Of a stretch of DNA of 64,000 bases, positions 38,196 through 52,477 are shown piece after piece (positions within the stretch are counted from its first letter, which is position 1; every line of letters begins with the position of its first letter). The notes below the pieces were generated by a model. It was not told the origin of the DNA. It ran no database searches and was given only the letters and a program-made list of their open reading frames with translations. Source of the stretch: the human T2T-CHM13v2.0 reference genome, Homo sapiens; assembly GCF_009914755.1 (NCBI RefSeq), contig NC_060947.1. One strand, written 5' to 3'. The translations under genes and the position numbers were made by a program.

Positions 38196-40702
38196 GCGGT
38201 AAAATAATGTGAAATTCACATTATTTTAAATTTCAAGTGAACAATTCAGTGGCTTTTAGTACATTCACAGTGTTGTACAACCATCACCCCTATCGAGTTC
38301 CAGAAGATCTTCATCACTCCAAAAGGAAACCAGACCCAGTCACTCCTCACTCCCCCTCCTCCAGCCCCTGGCAACTACAAATCTGCCTTCCTTCTCTAGG
38401 GATTTGCCTATTCTGGATGCTTACTTTATAAATAAAAAGGCAAACTAGGAGAAAAATTAATTATATATCTATATCTGCATCTATATATATGCAGAGCCCT
38501 GTTGAGTTTCCTCATGAAAATAAGCACGTTGAACAAAATAAGCAGATTGTTTTAGGGAAGTGATACATTTAAATTCCTTCTCGGAACATCAATTCTTCCC
38601 ACCAGCTAACTTTCTCACGCCCCTTGCCCCACTACCAAAGATTAGTGATACTTGTTGGAAATACATTCCGACTTACTCAATTCCTTGAAAGAAAAGCCCT
38701 TCTGTGATAAAGAAAAACCCATGTCCTGTGGGAGAGTGAGAGTCTATACCCATTCATTTATTGAGAGGGAAGGCTTTTCAGGTTTTATGTTCCAGTTGAA
38801 AGGGAAACCCACCCTCCCTGCCTGCCTTCCCTTCTCCCCTTTTCTCTCTCCATCTTTCTTTCCTCTGCCTTGCAGCCCCCAACAAACCCAGAGCCTGTGC
38901 CTTCAGCCAGCTTCCTGTGGTTGCGGAGTTGCACAGACTCCCCAGCCCATCCTGGGTTTTCCCGAGATTATAAAATCTTGCCTAGTGCACGGGCTCCTCC
39001 TTGGCAAAGTGTCCCAACACCACCAGTCACGTAGATCTTCTGCTAGCAAGCAAGCATTTGAAAATGGGCATTGGAAGGGCCTTTTTAAAAAATCCTTATT
39101 ATTATAAATTAAACAGAAACTCACAGGAAACAAATGCATAGTTTAATGAATTCTTATAAGGCAAGCACCCTTGTAATCATCACCAAATAGAACTCTGCCA
39201 GAACCTCCTCCTCCCACCCCTCCCTAAAGGGAACCACTATCCAGGCTTTTATAGTAATCACTTAAAATTTCAAAAAAGATGTACGCTAATGGATGTTTCT
39301 GAAACATTCCATGAAAACCCAGTCAGTGCCAAAAAAGATATCTTTCCTCAAATGGAAAGATAGAATTAGGTTAATTTTGAAGATTAATTTTAAAAGAAGA
39401 CAACTAAAGAGAAAAGATGAAAGAATAAAGGAGTAATATAATCATAGGTAGATGTTTGTTATAATACATTGGGTCTCTTTCTGTATATCTAGGGGTTACC
39501 TGTGCCTCCCTGTTTATAGCTCAAAGTGTCCAGATAGCCCTAGAACTCTCTCCTGGATGCTGATTGGATTCCACCAGGCCCCTTGGGTCTCTTTTGTCCA
39601 GCTGGGTGATTGGCACGTTCTGGAGGGGGATGGAGGGAGGGAGTACATTCACCATGCCCCTCTGTTATGGACATTGGGCTGAAACCATATGAGTTTCTTA
39701 GCCCCCCTGCATTTCTAATCCACACATACTGGACTGCTGCTATAAAAATGCATTTGTGTAAGATAAGTTATATTTAGCAACAAGTGACAAAAAAGCCAAG
39801 TAAATTGTCTCATTTACTTTAAAAGCTGAAGGCAAGCAGTTCCAGAGCAGCTCAAGAAGAAGTCCATCTCTGTCATCCTCAGAGTATTGATTTTACTCTC
39901 ACACTTGTGGCCTCATAGTTACAATATGGCTGCCCTAGCTCCAGACATCACACACACATGGAAAATAGACAAAACTAAGTGGGTACGGGTGATGCCAATG
40001 AACCAATGCCTCTTTCATGCCTGTCTCTTTTTATCATGCAGTAATATCTTTTCCAGAAGCCCCACTCCCTCCAGTGGACTTATTTTTGTATCTCTTTGGC
40101 CACACTGCATCATATGGCCACTCCTTGCTGAAGGAAAGCTGGGAAAAGCCTCAGTGCTGGGAATGGCAAGAGAAGAGTCCAGAATGGCTTTCAGATAGCT
40201 GATCAGCTATATCTGCCACACGTTTTAGTTCAGTCACCTAAAATATCGAGTCTTGTGACTTAAGTGACTCTCACTGAGGCTAGATATGTATGGAGAGCTC
40301 TCCAGAGTAGATTCTTTTACCCTGATTACTCAGGTTGATAATCTCCATCAGCAGTTGCAATTCAACCTACTGAGGCCAGCCAGGTGACATAAAAGAGTGG
40401 CTAGAGCACACACAAGTGGAGAAAGTGATACAGTTTGAGGGGTGCATGCTCTGCCTAAAGACAGTCAAATTCAGTGAAGTGGCCAAGAAAGCAGACCATG
40501 AGTAGGATTCAGTCCCAGGGCCACCAAGATGCCACCCCTACTGATCCCTTTTGGCTCTCCATTTGGGACTCAGACAATGAAACTTGTCCTATAATGCCAT
40601 GCAACGTGTTCCATTCAATGGCTCAGAATTTGGTGATAGTTTCTTAGTAAGCTCTTTTTATCATCTCAAGAGAGAAAGGCTAATCCTTGTCTACTTTTTC
40701 AG

Positions 40703-40822
40703 ACTCTAGGACATGTGCCATGATAAACTGTCAGTACAGCTGTGAAGACACAGAAGAAGGGCCACAGTGCCTGTGTCCATCCTCAGGACTCCGCCTGGCC
40801 CCAAATGGAAGAGACTGTCTAG
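40703..40822 (+). CDS. EGFL6: EGFL6 coding exon 5, EGF-like repeat
   Basis: ctactttttcag|; [40 protein letters not shown]; CTAG|gtacaa; 120 nt, phase 1-1. Confidence 0.97.
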
Positions 40823-41476
40823 GTACAACAGCAGGAATCACCTCTACTCCTCCTTCTCCTCCCTTGACTCCCCTTTTACTGAATCTTTTTTCATTCATCA
40901 CAATCAGCTTGTTGACTAGACATTGGAAACTTCTAAAAGTACAGATTTATATCAGTTTCTGAGATACTTTTAGCCACATATGCTCTAAACATACTTTGGG
41001 ATGCTAAAAAACACATTTTTCTATTATTTTGTATTGCCTTAATGCCATAGTAGAAAAGGGATAATTTTAGTATATTTACTATGTACATTTTATTTAAATT
41101 ACCATCCAATATAAACTCCACTACTTATATTTTGTCATTTAATGAGTAAGGTCCTAAGGACCATTGGGTTTTATTCTGGGTTCTAGCTAATATTTTCTGG
41201 AAAAACTATATTTACTTATTTTTTAGATATAACATTATTGAAAATAGTATACACCTTCTATATAATTTACATTAGCATGTAATAAATTTCATGTTGTCTT
41301 TAAAACTTGCTCCAAGTTATATGAACTAAGTATAATTAATTTAACTGGAGAAAATGAGCAGATTAAGTCCATAATATTAATTAAGGGAACATAAAAATTA
41401 TTTGTTTATAACTTTGAATTTAGTCAAATTCATTGGCTTAGAACTTTCCTCTCTTGTTCTCCTTTGTCTTATTTTG

Positions 41477-41985
41477 TGTCTTAGTTTTGGGTTCCACAGA
41501 AGCTGACCCTGAGCAAGTAGTTGATTTGGGAGGTGATCCCAGCCTGAAATCCCAGCCTGAAATTCATTCACTAAGGAATAAAATATTTATTTCACATAGA
41601 TTAGGGCAATAGCTGACTGGTACCAGAATCTTATGAGTAAGATTCTGGTTGAGGAGTAGGGAAGTAACCCAGGGAAAGGAAGGCACCAGTGTTGGGTAAA
41701 TCTGATGAGCAGGTTAAATGAGCTGGGGGCACCTCTGGGAGGCAGAGAGAAGCTGCCCCTGAATTTTCCCTCTGGGGCAGGAGTGCTGGATATTCATCCA
41801 CCAACTTCTGCCCTTCATTGATGGGAGGCTGCTCTGGGACATGACCCCCCAGCACTCCCAGCCTAGCCTGGGTCGGGAGCAAAGCACAATGTTGTAGGTG
41901 CAGCAAGCAGCCTTTGGCAGGTATGGAAACTTGAGTGCTGAGGAGCTATGGATGGAGCACCCACAGGGCACCCTCAGTGACTGAA
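41477..41985 (-). mobile_element. LTR16-like ERVL LTR with internal interruption
   Basis: tgtcttagttttgggttccacagaagctgaccctgag...tttgggaggtgatcccag...gtagggaagtaacccagggaaagg. Confidence 0.7.
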
Positions 41986-42619
41986 GCAACACTTTTTTCA
42001 CTTTGTGCTTTGGTTCCTTTGTGGATTTGAATTATGTTCAACCATCAAATTGCCATCAAATTGTATATACTCATAACACTTAATTACATTGCACCTAATA
42101 TACATAATATTTAGAGTAAGTGAGCACTTAGCATTAATGAGGGATGTCAAACCAAATCAGAATGTTGAAAGAGTTCTTAATCTGTGATTTAAAGAAGCAC
42201 ATATCAGTATGATTTCATAATCTTCTTCACTACAATAGAAATATTTTTCAGTCAAGGTGCTAGATGTTTATTTATCCTAACTATACATAATGTAAAAAAA
42301 ACTGCATTTAGAAAGCTCAGCCAAATGGATCCTAAATTAGCTAAACACTTTTTAAAAATATACATGTAAATTAAAATTTTGTCTCTACTCTGAGAATAAT
42401 CAAAGGTTTAATTAGGTTCACAGGATTTACTACTTTTTAGTATAATAAGATTTATATGACAAGGCTAATTATTGACCAAACTGAATCCAAATTTCCACCC
42501 AACTCTTTGAGTTGTTGGGTGCCATTTTTATTGGAAGGGAAAGGTGATGTGCATGAAAATGATCACCAAAAATAATTTTGTTCAACCCAACACTTATTTA
42601 TTATTTGGAAAATGCAAGA

Positions 42620-42984
42620 GGCCAGCCTGGGCAATATAGCAAGACTCCATCTCTATAAAAAACTTTTGTTAAAAATAGCCGGGCATGGTGATGTGCACCT
42701 GTAGTCCCAGCTATGCTAGAGGCTGAGGTGGGAGGATAGCTTGGACTCAGGAGTTTGAGACCAGCCTGAGCAACATAGGGAGACCCCATTTCTACAAAAA
42801 AAAAATAATAAAAAATAGCCAGGCATGGTGGCACATGCTTTGTAGTCCCAGCTACTCAGGAGGCTGAGGTGGGAGGATCACTTGAGCCTGGGGAATTTGT
42901 GGCTGTAGTGAGCCATGATTGTTCTGCTATGCTCCAGCATGGGTGACAGACCAGGCCTTGTCTCAAAAAAAAAAAAAAAAAAAA
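42620..42984 (+). mobile_element. Composite AluJ-type element (partial arm + monomer + right arm)
   Basis: Two A-rich linkers each followed by tagcc(g/a)ggcatggtg; poly-A tail. Confidence 0.85.
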
Positions 42985-43764
42985 GATTGCAAGGGAAATA
43001 GTAAGACAACATCAACTTGCCGGTTTAAGCCAGGTTCAGAAGAACAAACTAACATCTATTTGATTTGACATCTGAAAGTTAAACCAAGCCTGAGTCTTAG
43101 TAGATTGGTCAGCATAGCTGTCAGCCCCTCTGTTACCTGACTTTCAATGGTAGAAAAGGAACAACACACCTATTGTTGGCTAAAATTACATCATTACATA
43201 ATTACACCTGACCCACAATTTATGCATAAGTGCATGCCTTCACAACCACATTTCTGTGAGTCAATATTGCAGGGGCCTTGGACAGTCTTACTCAAGAAAT
43301 AGTTATTTTGTAAAATGCAAATTGTAAAAGTCTGTGTGTTTGGTTTACTTAAAGTATAGCTATCTGACTCTAGTTTCAAAAATTGTATATGTTATACAAT
43401 ATACAATATTCACTCAGCTGGAGAAAATATTCACTCAGCACACACGTAATGTATAGGTACCAAGTGTCAGACACATGCTCCCTGCCTGAGAACAGCCAGG
43501 GCCTAACAGAAGATGTGAATGTAAGTAATGACATTATGGAAAGATAATGCATCTTAAAAAGGTATAAAATAATATAAATACATAAAGTGAAGAGCTGTGT
43601 GTGTGCCTGGGGGATCTAGAACACTTGCCAGAGGATATGATGTTGGCACCAGTATACTATTATCAGTTTCCCAGATAAAGAAAAGTAGCTGTGAGTGTGC
43701 GTGCGTGCATGTATGTGGCTACTTTTCTTGCTATCACTGACACCTTCTGGTTTTTACACCCTAG

Positions 43765-43899
43765 ATATTGATGAATGTGCCTCTGGTAAAGTCATCTGTC
43801 CCTACAATCGAAGATGTGTGAACACATTTGGAAGCTACTACTGCAAATGTCACATTGGTTTCGAACTGCAATATATCAGTGGACGATATGACTGTATAG
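43765..43899 (+). CDS. EGFL6: EGFL6 coding exon 6, Ca-binding EGF repeat
   Basis: tttttacaccctag|; [45 protein letters not shown]; ATAG|gtaaga; 135 nt, phase 1-1. Confidence 0.97.
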
Positions 43900-45709
43900 G
43901 TAAGATTCGATGGCACCTTTTCCTTTTTTTCCTGTCCCCACCAAACCTTTGAGCCTTCTCTGCAGATATTTTGATGTCAATTCAAGCTATTAGTTGAACA
44001 ATCTACTGTGCTGACCAGCTTAACAATAAGGAAAGGTTATTTTTTTAGGTGTCTGGCATTTAGGGAATTCCAATGACATCAATTATAAAGCTAGGTCAAT
44101 AAAGATTTAAAGTAAGGAATACAGCTCTCTTGTGGAAACGATTATCTCAAGATGATTCTGGTGGGACTCTCTTTAATTTGGCTTTTTGTTTTGTTTATAT
44201 TTTTTGTTTTATCTCCAGTTACACATCTAAAAATCAGAACAATAAAGCAGTATTTATATTTGGTAAAAGGAAGAATAACAAGGTCTATCTAATCTTGATC
44301 TCAGTGATCTGTTTATAACAGTCTCCATCAGGGGTGGCTTTAGAGAAATGTATGAGAGACATGAAGGCCTATGCTCTTTACTTTCCCCTCTTTCAGCCCT
44401 TTCATAGTTCAAGCTCCAAATATAATGTTCCCTTTCCACAGTTACCAAAATTGCTCTCTGATAAGATTCTGGTATCAGTCAGCTATTGCCCTAATCTATG
44501 TGAAATAAATATTTTATTCCTTAGTGAATGAATTTCAGGCCTCCATGAACAAGTGAGGTGGGGTATTTGGGGAGACCTTGGATGCATTCCCATTGCCCTT
44601 TATATAATGTAGGATGGGGCCTGCCCTATAGTGAAGGGAAATTCGGGCTCTCTGTGGATTTCTCTGCCCGTAACACGTGTAACAAAGCTATATGCATGAC
44701 ATGGAAGGCTAATAGTTGAGAAAAAATAGGATTTCTTTCAACCCTATACTCAGGGCTTCCCAGGACACGTCTTGTGTAATCATGTTGGGACAACACACAA
44801 TTGCTGGGTTTCGAACCATCTTGTGAAGCCTCTACAACTCTTCCCTCAAATTTCAAACACAAAGTCCATCCTAGAGAGGATCATAAAATCCATATTTCTC
44901 GTGGACTTGGACCCCATGCCCTCCTGCAGACCAAACCAGCCCAGTAATCCTATGATGCTGTGTTACAGAGTTTAATCCTGTTTCCTGATACCTAAGGGGA
45001 GGTTCCACAGAACAGGGTGGAATTCACATGGAAAGGTTCAAAAGGAAACAAATCTTTGAGACTTTAAAGGTGACTAAGATTAACATCTGAGCTCAGCTTT
45101 GTGGCTAAATTAAAACCAACAGACTATTTTGTACATACATGTCTACAAATGCATAGATAGAAAATGGGGTGGAGAATACGGCAAACAAACCTCTCGCTTG
45201 GGTGAAACTTGGCAAATTTTCCTCCTCTAAACCCAGCAGACAAGCTCAGGCCAGCCTGACCCTTTCTCCTGGCAGTCTTAGAACAAAATGCCTGTGCCTA
45301 TAAGTTAGATGATGTCAACGGTTCCTAGTTGATCTTGCCTTTGTTTGTTAGGAGTTTCAAGACCTTCTGAATATAGAATTGATTTTCTGGTATTGTTATT
45401 TAGTTCTAAGTTAGAGGAGAAAGTTAAGAGAAAAACCTAAACATCTTACAGATTTCAATAGCATTGATAAGCAGGAGATTAAATTGCTGTGGGGGAGGGA
45501 AGCAGCAAACACTCCCTACATACCAGGCAGCAAACAAAGCCAGGGCTGCTGGCCAATGAGCCTGCAGTTCTGAACACCTCTCAGTTCTCAGGCAATGCTT
45601 GGTTTGTCAGGGGTGTTTAGTGCTTGGCCCTACAGTTGATCAAGTGTAAGGGTGAGTCTTTCAGCAAGCTCTGTACCACAGAGTCGTTCACTGGAATGTT
45701 CTTTTTTAG

Positions 45710-45832
45710 ATATAAATGAATGTACTATGGATAGCCATACGTGCAGCCACCATGCCAATTGCTTCAATACCCAAGGGTCCTTCAAGTGTAAATGCAAGCA
45801 GGGATATAAAGGCAATGGACTTCGGTGTTCTG
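45710..45832 (+). CDS. EGFL6: EGFL6 coding exon 7, Ca-binding EGF repeat
   Basis: ttcttttttag|; [41 protein letters not shown]; TCTG|gtaagt; 123 nt, phase 1-1. Confidence 0.97.
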
Positions 45833-46855
45833 GTAAGTAGCATTTGGTCATGGTGTCTTAGCTATTCCCAATGAAGCATTCTCCCCATATCTCCTTCCTC
45901 CCTCTATTTCTCTCCTTTCTTTGTCTTCCTCGCCTTCTCCCTCTCCCTTACTCTCACTCTGTGTGTGTGTGCAGTGTTTAACTCTCTGCCTCAGCCTTCT
46001 CTTCTTTGCTAATTGGACCACATCTCCAATACTCACTGAAGTTGTAGGCACTAAACTTAAAGAACAGCAAGGGTACTTAATATCTTTCTGGCCATGACAT
46101 ACTTCAAATACTGAACATAACATTTAAGGACAAAAGACACTGAGCAAATTTATCTATCAGGATAGACTGAGTTATGATGCAGTAACAAGCAAACCTAAAA
46201 TAACAGTGGCTTAAAACCACAAAGGTTTTTTAACCAAGTGAATCCGGACGTTTTCCAGAATGCACAACCAAAACAAAGTAAGGCAAAGCTGATCTTCATT
46301 AAAGTATGATTACTTTATCTGTCATCCTCAACGCTGGATCCACTTGTTTTAATGTATATAGCAGAGAGTTCCATTGTTCTTGCTGGTGAATTATTTAATA
46401 CTTTTTGTTAAAACTTTAAATTTATAAACCAGACATCTAACAATAAAATGTCACTGCTATTAATAACTACAGCAACAATAAAGGTTTATTTCTCACTCAT
46501 GTAATATGTCCAAAGAGAATTTTTCAGGGGTTTCTTCTCAATAAAATCACTTAAGGACACAGGCTGACAGAGGCCCCATCATTTTATGGTACCATGGTCT
46601 CAATTCAAGGCCTTAAGGTTTGTCACAGCAGAGAAAGAAGCATGAACAATCATGCACCAGCTGTTAGTTTATTCAGCTTGGAAGTATCTAACTTCAAGGG
46701 ACAAAAATAATATTAAACTTGCTGTGTGTCCCAAAAGAGAAGAAAACTAGAAATCTTGGTGAATACCAGGAATGTCTTCCAAGGCAAGGCAGCTATGATT
46801 ACAGCACAATCACTTCCCTAACAATATCTTACAATGTTTAAAGTCATCCAGGTTC

Positions 46856-47166
<311 letters not shown>

Positions 47167-48220
47167 AAAGTCATCCAGGTTTATCCCTCTGGTCATGACC
47201 CTTTTAGCACTAGCTCATAGTGTGACTAGACTTGTTGACTGCCCTGATTCAACTCTCTTATATACCCCTTAGCAGAGTTCCCGCATGTTCAATAAATATG
47301 GCTGCAAGGTGTACCCTAACTTACGTCACATTCCATACACCCATCTGGCCAATGCTCCCAATGATGCAAATGACTGTAACAGTATCTACTCAGTCATACA
47401 AAAATAAACTATATGTACCATGCTAGACATTCAGCGCCACACCCATAAAAGGTTCACAGTACCCCAGTGGGCTATTGTTGAGCACCACTGGACAAGAGTA
47501 TGTATAAAAGAATATAACCAAAGAAAATGAGTCTGGAAATCAAATTCTGTGAAGAACTGCCAAAAGAACAGGGCAGCATTTAGTCTGGGAAATATAGTAT
47601 GGAAAAGCATAAATTGTGCCTGTAAATACTTTAAGAAATATGAAATAAAAGTGGCTTTCTCAAGCAAACTAAGTCCAGTGGGTGGAGGTTACATTCTCTC
47701 TTAAAAATGGCTGCTAGGTATTGAAGAGTGGAGCAGGGAGCCCCATGGAGTAGGGACATTCCACTGCCCCTGGCTTGCAGGCTGGGGGCTCTGAGACGGA
47801 TTCCTGCATTGGGCTGGAGATGGTATTAAATGACCACTTAGTGTCCAGCAACTGGATGCCATGGTTTCTATCCCTCTAGATAGAAGTATCCAATGATGTC
47901 CTTCTGAAACTTGATTCAGAGAGAGAGATTGGCTGCCCAGGCAGGGCTGTGCATAGGTAGGTTGGGGGGAAGGACACCATAACCTTGGGAGTTCCCCAGA
48001 GAGGAGACTGAATAAATCAGCTTTCCATATCGGATGAGTGCCCAAGGGACCTGTGCTCAAAGCTCCTTTATGCCACCAAATTTGAACATGCACATTCCAG
48101 GTTGGGAAGGCCTGAGTTTAAATCTTAGCTCTGCCCTATGCTGGCTGTGACCTTTAGCAAATTTCTTAACCTCTCTAAGCTCAGTTTCCTCCTGTTCAAA
48201 ATGGGGTTTATGGTAGTACT

Positions 48221-48589
48221 GTGGTGGGTTCTTGTAATGGGCCAGTCCACAGTCCCTTGGAGCTCCCTAATCCTATTGAGGTAGGGTAGACAGTTGCATG
48301 CGTATCTCTAGCAGTGCTCTCTCTGACAGGAGTCTCCAGCTTCCACTTCACGGGGTGGGACAGTTCTGAGGTGTGTTCTGCACTGGCTCCCAGATGTCCC
48401 CAGCAGGACTGAGCCCCACTTACCCACAGAGATTACCTGTCCATCTAAGCACCATCTTTTGGCTTTTCTCCCTTCCTGTCTCACTGTCTCCTCTCCCCAG
48501 TTTCTGCCTCCTGGAATCACCTTCCAAGTAAGTCATCTGCACCCAAATCCTTGTCTCAGGCTCTGCTTAGAGGAACCCACACTAAGACA
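48221..48589 (+). mobile_element. LTR16-like ERVL LTR inserted into a MIR (MIR pieces ~48105-48220 and 48590-48710)
   Basis: Ends tgcacccaaatccttgtctcaggctctgcttagaggaacccacactaagaca; the MIR core is upstream and gtgaggtttaaatgagg continues downstream. Confidence 0.75.
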
Positions 48590-49426
48590 AATATGTCTCA
48601 CAGAGGTTCATTGTGAGGTTTAAATGAGGTAATATAGAGAGAGAGCTTAGTTTAGCGGGACCATATAGTAGATGCTCATTAAAGTTCGCTGTGATTGTTA
48701 TTGTTATTAGTATCATTTCAATCAGCTGTTTGTTAAGGGCCACCCACTCTGAAATTTCACAAAGGTAAATATGAAAATGTTGTGCATACAAAAAAAGACA
48801 CCTCAGGAAAGCATTTGTTTCAATAAGTGGGCAACTCACCCCCACATACTCACTCTCCTACCCCTAGAGGGGAATCGAAGGCCCAGAGTAAACCTGGAGC
48901 CATCTTTCTTCCTCGTCATTTGATCCCCTTAAACCGCAATGTATTATTAATGTTCAAATGAAGGCAACATCTTTAAGCATGCAATTAGATAGTTGTTTGC
49001 AGCCTGTGTTTTCTATATTGTAACTCAGTGCTTTGAAATTGTAAATCCTACATCAACACAAACATTTCTTGTGTCAAGAAAATGTCTGTTTTTCTTGGAC
49101 CATCCAACTTTATTTTGGGATAAAAGAAATTTGTCTTTATTCTTTGAAACCTCAAATTCATCACACTGTTCTATTCAATATCTGAAAATTATGCATTTTG
49201 TTATCCATTCTGCAGCTAAATTATTTCTTTAGTCTTTCACTGGAATGTTTATTTAAAGGAGAAAACTATCTTTGGGTCATTTACTATATTACTTGTCCAA
49301 CCCTTTTCATTTTGCTTTAATTCTCTAATTCTCCATAAAATAAACAGCCATGTTACTATTGAAAATTCATCTTAACAAGGTCTTAACATTCATTGCTTAA
49401 AGAAGGATGCCTCAAAATCCACTCTT

Positions 49427-50096
49427 TTTTTTTTTAAATTTTTTTAGTATTTATTGATCATTCTTGGGTGTTTCTCGGAGAGGGGGATTTGGCAGGGTCA
49501 TAGGATAATAGTGGAGGGAAGGTCAGCAGATAAACATGTGAACAAAGGTCTCTGGTTTTCCTAGGCAGAGGACCCTGCGGCCTTCCGCAGTGTTTGTGTC
49601 CCTGGGTACTTGAGATTAGGGAGTGGTGATGACTCTTAACGAGCATGCTGCCTTCAAGCATCTGTTTAACAAAGCACATCTTGCACCGCCCTTAATCCAT
49701 TTAACCCTTAGTGGACACAGCACATGTTTCAGAGAGCACGGGGTTGGGGGTAAGGTTATAGATTAACAGCATCCCAAGGCAGAAGAATTTTTCTTAGTAC
49801 AGAACAAAATGGAGTCTCCTATGTCTACTTCTTTCTACACAGACACAGTAACAATCTGATCTCTCTTTCTTTTCCCCACATTTCCCCCTTTTCTATTCGA
49901 CAAAACCGCCATCGTCATCATGGCCCGTTCTCAATGAGCTGTTGGGTACACCTCCCAGACGGGGTGGCGGCCGGGCAGAGGGGCTCCTCACTTCCCAGAC
50001 GGGGCGGCTGGGCAGAGGCACCCCCCACCTCCCAGACGGGGCGGCTGGCCGGGAGGGGGCTGCCCCCCACCTCCCGGACGGGGTGGCTAGCCGGGC
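49427..50096 (-). mobile_element. 5'-truncated SVA retrotransposon (SINE-R plus part of the VNTR)
   Basis: T-tail, tttattgatcattcttgggtgtttctcgg (SINE-R end), VNTR units cctcccagacggggcggctgg; TSD caaaatccactctt 49413-49426 / caaaatccacgctt 50097-50110. Confidence 0.95.
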
Positions 50097-50241
50097 CAAA
50101 ATCCACGCTTATGTACATACAAGAGTCATAAAAACAAAAATGAGAGAATTGCATCTAGTTAGCATTCAGCATTATAAAACATTATAAAATGTTATATTAC
50201 AAATACATTTGTATGCACATAAATTGTTATTATATAATCTA

Positions 50242-50565
<324 letters not shown>

Positions 50566-52135
50566 GTCATATATATGGCATTGATGTAGCAACTTTTATT
50601 AAGTTCATTGTTTTGAAAATTTCAGACTCTACATTGCAATATGGAAAAAGAGTTAGATTATCCTAACCCATTCTCTGTACCTAAAGGAAGAAGCACCCTA
50701 AATGTAGATGTGTATATGTTCCACTGTTCTAATATGAGTATTAATAGTATACTGCCAGATAATTTGGTCTTGATTTGACAGCAGCTACACCTCATTCTAA
50801 GAAAATCAAAACCCAGATAACACTCAATTTGGGGAGTAACAGTCAACTTAGGAAAGGAAACTGTCATTGGCTTACGAGGAGCACAGCTTCTGGAATCGTA
50901 TTACCTTAGCTTGATTCCTGACTTGCTAGCCTACTACCTGTGGAGTGAGAACAAATTATTCAACCTTTCAGTGCCTCAGTTTCCACACCTGCAAAATAGG
51001 GATGATAGTATCTAGCCCTTAATATTGTTTTGATGATTAAATTTATTCACACAGAATAAGTGAGCGTCCATCTAAAGAGCTTAGCACCAGCCCAGAATAT
51101 ATGAAATGTTCAATAAGTATGTGCTAGGAGTAGGAGTAATAGTGACAAAGCCCTCCTTACCAAAATTCAACAATCATTTCTGTTGAAAAGCAGCTTCTTT
51201 AGTCACTAAAAATATGCTGATTGCTTAATTCAGTTTGTAGGGTGTGTATTCAAGAATATGGGTTTTGCTACAACCAGGCCATCCCCATTTTTTTTCTTCA
51301 ATTATAAACATTAGAAACTTGGAGGTATGGCCTGGGAATTTTTCTAACTCTGGAAAAGATTTTAAACATTCTGGTCATGAATGCTAAAAATAATAGCACA
51401 CATGCTGAGTGTGTGCCAAGCACTAATCTTAGTAATCGATGTGTGTTCACCCATTTAAGCCTCCCAAAAAAATCTGTTCTTATCCCAATTTTATAAATGG
51501 AGAGACTGAGGCAAAGAGAAGTTAATTATTCATTTGAGGACATATGGCTAGAAGATGTGGGAGCTAGGAGTCAAACTCAGGAAAATGGGCTTCAGGATTA
51601 TGTGCTTAAACACAGGACAGGTGTGTTCATGACCAATTGGTTGATCCTCTGTGATGGAGAACTCACAGAGTTTGCCCTCCTCAGCAAACTCTCTTGGCTC
51701 ATCTTTTGTTCTGTCCTAGCCCCTTCCTGTTTCCTGGGTCCCATGCTGGAACACATTCTTCATCTGTGATTAAGCTTCTTCTTCCAGGACTGTGTCCAAA
51801 GCTCAGATTAGTAGAACTTTTCTCCTCCCAGATGATAGATCATCTAATGCACTAAGCACAGTTGAATGAATGTCAAAGTCATATTCCTCCTGGGTAAGAT
51901 ATTCTCACCTAAGAGTGATCTTCTATAAAGTTTTATTCCAAAGATATGAAATTAAAATTAGGGTTTTCAGGTTGATAGAAGTGTTTGACAACATGGGTGT
52001 TTGGAGAAATCTCAAATACCTCCCGAGAGAAATTGTCAACTTTACAAAAAACTGGCCTGTGAACCTGAAGACCTAAGTTTTATATCTGAGTTCCCCAAAT
52101 GTGCCAAAGACCCTCCTACTGCAACTCCCTCCATA

Positions 52136-52477
<342 letters not shown>

